56,525 nucleotides of DNA from Chloroflexota bacterium (GTDB taxonomy: Bacteria; Chloroflexota; Dehalococcoidia; SM23-28-2; HRBIN24), in NCBI GenBank assembly GCA_030550295.1, contig JAUQPQ010000003.1, positions 1-56,525 of the forward strand, read 5' to 3'. Position numbers and translations under genes: made by a program. The notes beneath the pieces are model-generated. The model was not told where the DNA came from. It saw only the letters and a list, made by a program, of their open reading frames with translations, and made no database searches. Positions 50,732 through 56,525 of the stretch are shown piece after piece; position 1 is the first letter of the stretch, and each line of letters starts with the position of its first letter.

Positions 50732-51421
50732 GTGTATACTGGAGACGCCGTGGTAGCGACCGGAGTAGCTGAAAGGTTGGCGCTGGTAAAAGAGAGGATC
50801 GCCCGTGCTTGCCTCAGGGTAGGCAGGTCTCCCCAGGAAGTGACTATAGTAGCGGTGGGGAAAGGGTTCCCCCCTGAGGCGTTAAAAGAGGCCTGGGAGG
50901 CGGGTATACGCCACTTCGGGGAGAACCGAGTACAAGAGGCGGAGGCTAAAAGGCCGCATCTCGCCTCTCTTCCCGTAGTTTGGCATATGGTAGGACACCT
51001 CCAGCGCAATAAGGTGAAAAAGGCCCTTGCCCTTTTCCACTCCATCGACAGTGTGGACTCTTTTCCTTTGGCCCAAGAGATAAGTCGGCGGGCCCAAAGT
51101 AAGGTTCCCGTGTTGTTGGAGGTAAACGTAGCCGGCGAACCGTCCAAGTTTGGGTTCTCCCCCCAAGAGGTACTGGAGGTGGCTGAGCGGATCGCCTCTC
51201 TACCTAACTTGGACGTGCAAGGCCTTATGACGGTGGCGCCAATGGCACAGGACTCGGAGGAGGTGCGACCCGTGTTCCGACGCCTCAGAGAGCTGGCCCA
51301 TGCCCTAGGGCTGAGGGAGCTCTCCATGGGTATGAGCGATGACTTTGAGGTGGCCATAGAAGAGGGGGCCACCATGGTGCGTCTAGGAAGGGCCATCTTT
51401 GGGCCCCGCAAAGTAGGGTAG
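50732..51421 (+). CDS. yggS: PLP homeostasis protein
   Basis: [40 protein letters not shown]. Confidence 0.93.
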   Translation: MYTGDAVVATGVAERLALVKERIARACLRVGRSPQEVTIVAVGKGFPPEALKEAWEAGIRHFGENRVQEAEAKRPHLASLPVVWHMVGHLQRNKVKKALALFHSIDSVDSFPLAQEISRRAQSKVPVLLEVNVAGEPSKFGFSPQEVLEVAERIASLPNLDVQGLMTVAPMAQDSEEVRPVFRRLRELAHALGLRELSMGMSDDFEVAIEEGATMVRLGRAIFGPRKVG

Positions 51422-51426
51422 TAAAG

Positions 51427-52245
51427 ATGAAGGTGGCCATAATAGGCGGTGGAGTTATGGGGGAGGCCCTTGTGGCCTCGGTGCTACGCCGGGGCCTCGT
51501 TTCCCCAGCAGAATTGACGGTATGTGAAATCGTGGCCCAGAAGCGGGAACACCTGGCCGCTACTTACGGTGTAAAAGTAGGCCATGACGCCGCTGAGGCC
51601 GTTAGGGGGGCCGACGTGGTGGTGCTCGCCGTCAAGCCCCAAGAGTTCCCTACTGTGGCTGCATCCCTGAAGGGGCAGCTGCAGCCAAAACAGGCGGTGC
51701 TATCCATCATGGCTGGCGTCAAGCTGGCAACCATAAAGGGCTCCATTGGCTACAGCCGTGTGGTCAGGGCGATGCCTAACACCCCTGCCCGCATAGGCGC
51801 TGGCGTCACCGTTTGGGTTGCTGCGCCCGAGGTGGAAACTCCTCAGAAGGAGATGGTGCGAAATATCCTGGGTTGCCTTGGGGCGGAAGTGGAGGCCCCT
51901 GAAGAGAAACTGGTGGATATGGCGACAGCTGTAAGTGGCAGTGGACCCGGATTCATCTTTCTACTCATGGAAGCATTAGTGGATGGGGCCGTCCACATAG
52001 GGATGCCCCGTCCCATGGCTACTGCCCTGGCCATCCATACCTTTTTGGGCAGCGCCCTCTACGCCCAAAAGGCGGATGCCTCTTTGGCGGAACTGCGAGG
52101 CCAAGTGGTTTCTCCAGGGGGGACTACATCAGCTGGGCTATTGGCCCTAGAAAAAGCGGGAGTAAGGGCAGCCATCATAGAAGCAGTGGCCCACGCCTAC
52201 CGTCGTGCCCTGGAACTGGGAGGGGAGCAGCCATTGGGGTCCTAG
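51427..52245 (+). CDS. proC: Pyrroline-5-carboxylate reductase
   Basis: [33 protein letters not shown]. Confidence 0.95.
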   Translation: MKVAIIGGGVMGEALVASVLRRGLVSPAELTVCEIVAQKREHLAATYGVKVGHDAAEAVRGADVVVLAVKPQEFPTVAASLKGQLQPKQAVLSIMAGVKLATIKGSIGYSRVVRAMPNTPARIGAGVTVWVAAPEVETPQKEMVRNILGCLGAEVEAPEEKLVDMATAVSGSGPGFIFLLMEALVDGAVHIGMPRPMATALAIHTFLGSALYAQKADASLAELRGQVVSPGGTTSAGLLALEKAGVRAAIIEAVAHAYRRALELGGEQPLGS

Positions 52246-52487
52246 TAGCTATTATCCAGGGTGTGGCCCAAGCCCTTACCTTGGCCATCGTTCTCAGGGC
52301 CCTGATCTCATGGTTCCCCTTAGATCCCCGCAACCCTGTGGTGACCTTCTTACATGACATCACCGAGCCCATTCTGGCCCCAATAAGGCAGGTAGTGCCC
52401 CGCCTAGGGATGCTGGACCTATCTCCGCTGGTGGCCATTATCCTTATTCAGGTGGTAGCCAACTTAGCGATAAGGGCCCTAATATGA
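52233..52487 (+). CDS. yggT: YggT family membrane protein
   Basis: RALISWF...TEPILAPIR...LDLSPLVA; start may be ATT 52233, or GTG 52263 as in the track. Confidence 0.85.
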   Translation: MGVLVAIIQGVAQALTLAIVLRALISWFPLDPRNPVVTFLHDITEPILAPIRQVVPRLGMLDLSPLVAIILIQVVANLAIRALI

Positions 52488-52516
52488 TTGCCCCCGCAGG
52501 CCCAACATGTTATCAT
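52488..52516 (+). promoter_or_regulatory. Candidate recA promoter
   Basis: TTGCCC-17 nt-TATCAT with extended TG. Confidence 0.55.
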
Positions 52517-52550
52517 GCCCTTGCCGGTAAGGGAGAAGGTGAGTGAGCTT

Positions 52551-53600
52551 ATGCCTCAGCAAGAGAGGTTGCGTGCTCTAGAGCTGGCCATCGGCCAGAT
52601 TGAGAAAGAGTTTGGGAAGGGGGCCATTATGCGCCTGGGGGAGGCGGGGGCCAAGTTAGCTGTAGAGGCCATCCCCACGGGATCACTGGCTCTAGACCTC
52701 GCTTTAGGAGTAGGGGGGATACCACGGGGCAGGATAACGGAGATCTTCGGCCCTGAGATGTCGGGCAAGTCGACGTTGGCCCTCAGCGTAGTGGCCCAGG
52801 CCCAGAAAGCAGGTGGCATCGCCGCTTTTATCGATGCTGAGCATGCCCTGGACCCCAACTTTGCTGCTGCCATGGGCATTAAGGTAGAAGACCTCCTAGT
52901 ATCTCAGCCCGACACCGGGGAGCAGGCGTTAGAGATAGCCGAGGCGTTGGTCAGGTCCAACGCCGTAGATGTCATAGTGGTCGATTCGGTGGCTGCCCTC
53001 GTCCCTAAAGCGGAACTGGAGGGGGAGATGGGGGAGTCGATGCCTGGGCTTCAGGCTCGTCTCATGTCCCAGGCCTTGCGCAAGCTGACGGCGACCATCG
53101 CTCGCACCCGTACCGCGGTCATCTTCATAAACCAGCTACGTGAGAAAATAGGCGTAATCTTCGGCAGCCCAGAGGTGACCCCTGGTGGACGGGCCCTGAA
53201 GTTCTACGCCTCTGTACGCATCGATTTGCGACGTGTGGAGGCCATAAAGGTGGGCAACGAGATCATCGGCAACAGGGTAAGGGCGAAGGTGGTCAAAAAC
53301 AAGGTGGCCCCTCCCTTCCGAACGGCCGAGTTCGAGATCATATTCCAGGGGCCCAAAGTGGGCATAAGCTGGGAGAGCGATATCCTAGACCTGGGCACCG
53401 CTCTAGGCCTCATCCGCAAACAGGGGGCCTTCTACTCCTACGGGGAGATCCGCCTGGGGCAGGGAAGGGAACAGGCCAAAGAATACCTGCGCCAAAATCC
53501 TCAGTTGGCCCAAGGCTTGGAGCAACAAATCCGACAAAAGGCCTCTGAAGCGTTGCCCGTGCTCACCTTTGCCCCCGCCCCAGAGGCGGAGCCAATATAG
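52551..53600 (+). CDS. recA: Recombinase A
   Basis: [42 protein letters not shown]. Confidence 0.98.
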   Translation: MPQQERLRALELAIGQIEKEFGKGAIMRLGEAGAKLAVEAIPTGSLALDLALGVGGIPRGRITEIFGPEMSGKSTLALSVVAQAQKAGGIAAFIDAEHALDPNFAAAMGIKVEDLLVSQPDTGEQALEIAEALVRSNAVDVIVVDSVAALVPKAELEGEMGESMPGLQARLMSQALRKLTATIARTRTAVIFINQLREKIGVIFGSPEVTPGGRALKFYASVRIDLRRVEAIKVGNEIIGNRVRAKVVKNKVAPPFRTAEFEIIFQGPKVGISWESDILDLGTALGLIRKQGAFYSYGEIRLGQGREQAKEYLRQNPQLAQGLEQQIRQKASEALPVLTFAPAPEAEPI

Positions 53601-53644
53601 ACCCGGGCCGGAGCCTTTTTTAAAATCATTCTAAAGAAGCTGCC

Positions 53645-54820
53645 ATGGATAGAACCCAGCGAAACCTGTGGATCGCTTTTCTGGGCGAGGCTAAGGCCAA
53701 CCGCATGTATCTGGCCTATGCCCTCAAGGCGCTGGAAGAGGGGCATCCGGAGGTAGCAGCCGCCTTTATGGAGGCTGCCGGCGCAGAGACGATACACGCC
53801 CTTAGCCACTTGCGGGCCTTAGGGGAAATAGGCTCCACTCTAGAGAACCTCGTGGCTGTTACTGAAGGCGAGGCCTATGAGATGGAGATCATGTACCCCA
53901 AGTTCATATCCGAGGCGGAGGCTGATGGCCGGCCCGACGCTGCTGCCAGCTTTCGTCTGGCCTTAGAGGGGGAGCGGGAGCACTTGCGACGCTTTCAGGT
54001 TGCCCTTAGGCTTTTGGAGGAGAAAACGGGCCAAAAAGCCCCCCGCATCTCTCCCCCTTCGCCCCACACCGCGCCTGCCGCCGAGACCGTCCCTCCCAAG
54101 GTAATCCCTCATAGTGAAGGGGCAATCAAGGAGGTGCACAGCGAAAAATCGCGCATCGCTGCCCTCACCCGTCTGCGGGAGGTGGTGTTTGGAGCCCAAG
54201 ACGGACTGGTTACGGCCGCCACAGTAGCACCTGCCGTGGCAGCCGCTACCGAGTCTCAGGCCACCGTCTTGCTGGCAGGCCTGGCCGCCATCCTTGGGGG
54301 AACCCTGTCCATGAGCGCAGGCAGCTTTCTGGGCTCTAGGGCGGAGCGCCAGGTGCAAGAGTCTGAGCTGGCCCGGGAGGCATGGGAAATAGAGCACAAG
54401 CCAGAAGAGGAGATGGCGGAGCTAGTAGAGATCTACCGCCTGGAAGGCTTCTCCCTGGACGAGGCCAGGCAGATGGCCGAACGGGTGGCTGCCGACAAGG
54501 CCTTGTGGCTTAAGACGATGGCCGAGAAGGAGCTAGGTATCAGCCCCGAGGTGATGCCAGAGCCCACCAAAGATGCCCTAGTCATGGGGATCTCGTACCT
54601 CTTAGGTGGGATCATGCCCCTTATAGCCTTCTTCTTCGGGGCGGAAGGGCCGTCTATCGTCGCCTCCATCCTCACGGCCGCCGCTGTCCTTTTCCTCGTG
54701 GGGGCAGTGAAGGGGAGACTGGTGCGCCGGAACCCCATCATCGCAGGCGCTGAGGTGATGGCCATAGGGGGAGGCGTGGCCACCATCGCCTACTCCCTGG
54801 GGCGCATAGCCCCCGTTTAG
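53645..54820 (+). CDS. Rubrerythrin-domain / VIT1-CCC1 iron transporter fusion
   Basis: N-terminal GEAKANRMY...AETIHA...GEAYE...MYP...EREH diiron bundle; Pro-rich linker; VFGAQDGL, SMSAGSFL, E-rich loop, ELG and C-terminal TM helices. Confidence 0.85.
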   Translation: MDRTQRNLWIAFLGEAKANRMYLAYALKALEEGHPEVAAAFMEAAGAETIHALSHLRALGEIGSTLENLVAVTEGEAYEMEIMYPKFISEAEADGRPDAAASFRLALEGEREHLRRFQVALRLLEEKTGQKAPRISPPSPHTAPAAETVPPKVIPHSEGAIKEVHSEKSRIAALTRLREVVFGAQDGLVTAATVAPAVAAATESQATVLLAGLAAILGGTLSMSAGSFLGSRAERQVQESELAREAWEIEHKPEEEMAELVEIYRLEGFSLDEARQMAERVAADKALWLKTMAEKELGISPEVMPEPTKDALVMGISYLLGGIMPLIAFFFGAEGPSIVASILTAAAVLFLVGAVKGRLVRRNPIIAGAEVMAIGGGVATIAYSLGRIAPV

Positions 54821-54874
54821 GCGAAAAAATTATAAACAATTTCTATAGCTTCTCTCCTTATCCTTCGATTGCCG

Positions 54875-54903
54875 TTGACGGCCCTTTCTAGGGGCGGTAA
54901 GAT
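54875..54903 (+). promoter_or_regulatory. Candidate rny promoter
   Basis: TTGACG-17 nt-TAAGAT. Confidence 0.6.
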
Positions 54904-54974
54904 GAAAAACAGGGGGCCGAACCTTAACAGGCCAGGAATATAGCAGAGCAACCGAGAAGGGAAGTGAGGTAGTT

Positions 54975-56507
54975 ATGCTTGGGACGATCATGTTGGTCAT
55001 TTTGGCCCTTCTCGGCGTAGTGGGTGGCGTATTCTTGGGCGCTTTAATTCAGTACTGGCTCACCCGGAGCAAGATGATCAGCGCCCAGCAGACTGCTGCC
55101 CGTATCCTTACCGAGGCCGAGAGGCGCCATAGGGAGATGATCATAGAGGCAAGGGAAGAGGCGGTAAGGGTAAAAACCCAGGCGGAACAGGAGCTACGGG
55201 AACGACGTGAGGAGATACAGAGGCTAGAGAGACGTCTACTACAGAAAGAAGAACACCTGGAGCAGAAGCTGGAGAACCTGGAGAGGAAAGAGCAGGCGCT
55301 AGCCCAAAAGAGCGCCGAACTGGAACAACTAAGAGCCCAAATGGCCCAACTTTACGAGGAGCGGCTCCAGGAGCTCCAGCGGGTGACTGGCCTCACCATC
55401 CAAGAGGCTAGGCAGCTCCTCCTCTCAGAGGTGGAGCGCGACATTAGGGAAGAGGCGAACCGCCGCATATACGAGGCAGAACAGCAGATAAAAGAGGAGG
55501 CCCAGGAAAGGGCACGAAAGATCCTGGTGACGGCCATGCAGCGCCTCACCAGCGACGTCGTGTCCCAGGCCACCGCCTCTGTAGTGCCCTTGCCGTCCGA
55601 AGATATAAAGGGCCGCATTATCGGCCGCGAAGGCCGCAATATTAGGGCCTTAGAACACCTAACAGGGGTGGACGTCATCATCGACGACACCCCTGACGCG
55701 GTTACCCTTTCCTCCTTTGACCCTGTGCGTAGGGAGATCGCCAGGATCGCCCTCACTAACCTTATAAGCGATGGCCGCATCCACCCTGCCCGTATTGAAG
55801 AGATGGTGGAGCGGGCGCGCAAGGAGGTAGAAGCAGCCATCTGGGAGGCAGGTCAACAGGCAGCCATAGAGGCCCATTGCCCTGGCCTCCACCCTGAGAT
55901 CATCAAGCTGCTGGGGCGCCTGAAATACCGATACTCCTATGGCCAGAACCAACTGAAGCATGCAATAGAGACGGCCCACCTGGCTGCCCTCATCGCCCAC
56001 GAGCTGGGGGCTGATGCCCAGGTAGCGCGCCTGGGAGGCCTCCTTCACGACATAGGCAAGGCTGTGGACCACGAGGTGGAGGGCACCCATGCCCGCATAG
56101 GGGCAGAGATTGCTAGCCGTTATGGTTTGCCTCCGGCGGTGGTGCACTGTATTGAGGCTCACCACGAGGAGGTGGAGCCACGCACCGTAGAAGCTATCAT
56201 CACCATCGTGGCCGATGCTCTTAGCGGCAGCCGCCCAGGGGCGAGGCGGGAGTCACTGGAACAGTATCTTAGACGGCTAGAGGCTCTGGAGAGCATGGCT
56301 TACTCCCTGCCAGGGGTGGAGAAGGCTTATGCTGTGCAGGCCGGACGGGAGATCCGCGTCATCGTCAAGCCAGAGGAGATAGACGACCTTGGCGCCGTTC
56401 GCCTAGCCAGAGAGCTAAGTCGTAAGATACAGGAGAACCTACAATACCCAGGCCAGATCAAGGTCACCGTTATCCGGGAGAAGCGGGCGGTGGAGTACGC
56501 TCGCTGA
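54975..56507 (+). CDS. rny: Ribonuclease Y
   Basis: N-terminal TM, coiled coil, KH domain [15 protein letters not shown] domain [17 protein letters not shown]. Confidence 0.97.
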   Translation: MLGTIMLVILALLGVVGGVFLGALIQYWLTRSKMISAQQTAARILTEAERRHREMIIEAREEAVRVKTQAEQELRERREEIQRLERRLLQKEEHLEQKLENLERKEQALAQKSAELEQLRAQMAQLYEERLQELQRVTGLTIQEARQLLLSEVERDIREEANRRIYEAEQQIKEEAQERARKILVTAMQRLTSDVVSQATASVVPLPSEDIKGRIIGREGRNIRALEHLTGVDVIIDDTPDAVTLSSFDPVRREIARIALTNLISDGRIHPARIEEMVERARKEVEAAIWEAGQQAAIEAHCPGLHPEIIKLLGRLKYRYSYGQNQLKHAIETAHLAALIAHELGADAQVARLGGLLHDIGKAVDHEVEGTHARIGAEIASRYGLPPAVVHCIEAHHEEVEPRTVEAIITIVADALSGSRPGARRESLEQYLRRLEALESMAYSLPGVEKAYAVQAGREIRVIVKPEEIDDLGAVRLARELSRKIQENLQYPGQIKVTVIREKRAVEYAR

Positions 56508-56525
56508 GGGGTCATGAGAGGGGGG

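Noticed and set aside
52490-52550. LexA box upstream of recA
   Set aside because: Only an AACATGTT palindrome is present; no GAAC-N4-GTTC match.

Overview
A 56.5 kb, densely coded, GC-rich chromosomal window with no rRNA, tRNA, CRISPR array or mobile element that I could see. Gene style and synteny (yggS-proC-yggT-recA...rny, PyrR-attenuated pyr operon, many acyl-CoA enzymes) suggest a Chloroflexota, probably Dehalococcoidia-like, organism; that assignment is inference. Four things stand out. (1) An apparent ethylmalonyl-CoA pathway cluster (phaA, phaB, R-hydratase, ccr, mcd, mch, mcl) whose mutase is a split MCM-alpha-type subunit with a remodelled substrate pocket rather than a canonical Ecm. 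(2) A minus-strand thiol/selenium run: MATE, a glutaredoxin-like probable selenoprotein (in-frame UGA plus SECIS-like hairpin), a cysteinyl-tRNA synthetase fused to a GT2 glycosyltransferase domain that apparently starts at ACG, CcdA and TlpA. (3) A tungsten-type AOR ABC cluster with MoaD. (4) A pyr operon interrupted by a GNAT gene and an Fe-S/Zn block. Smaller signals include a 5' UTR with two mutually exclusive pairings over a ribosome-binding site, a rubrerythrin-VIT1 fusion, and seven convergent gene pairs overlapping by exactly 4 nt. All family calls come from motif recognition and recall, not database searches.
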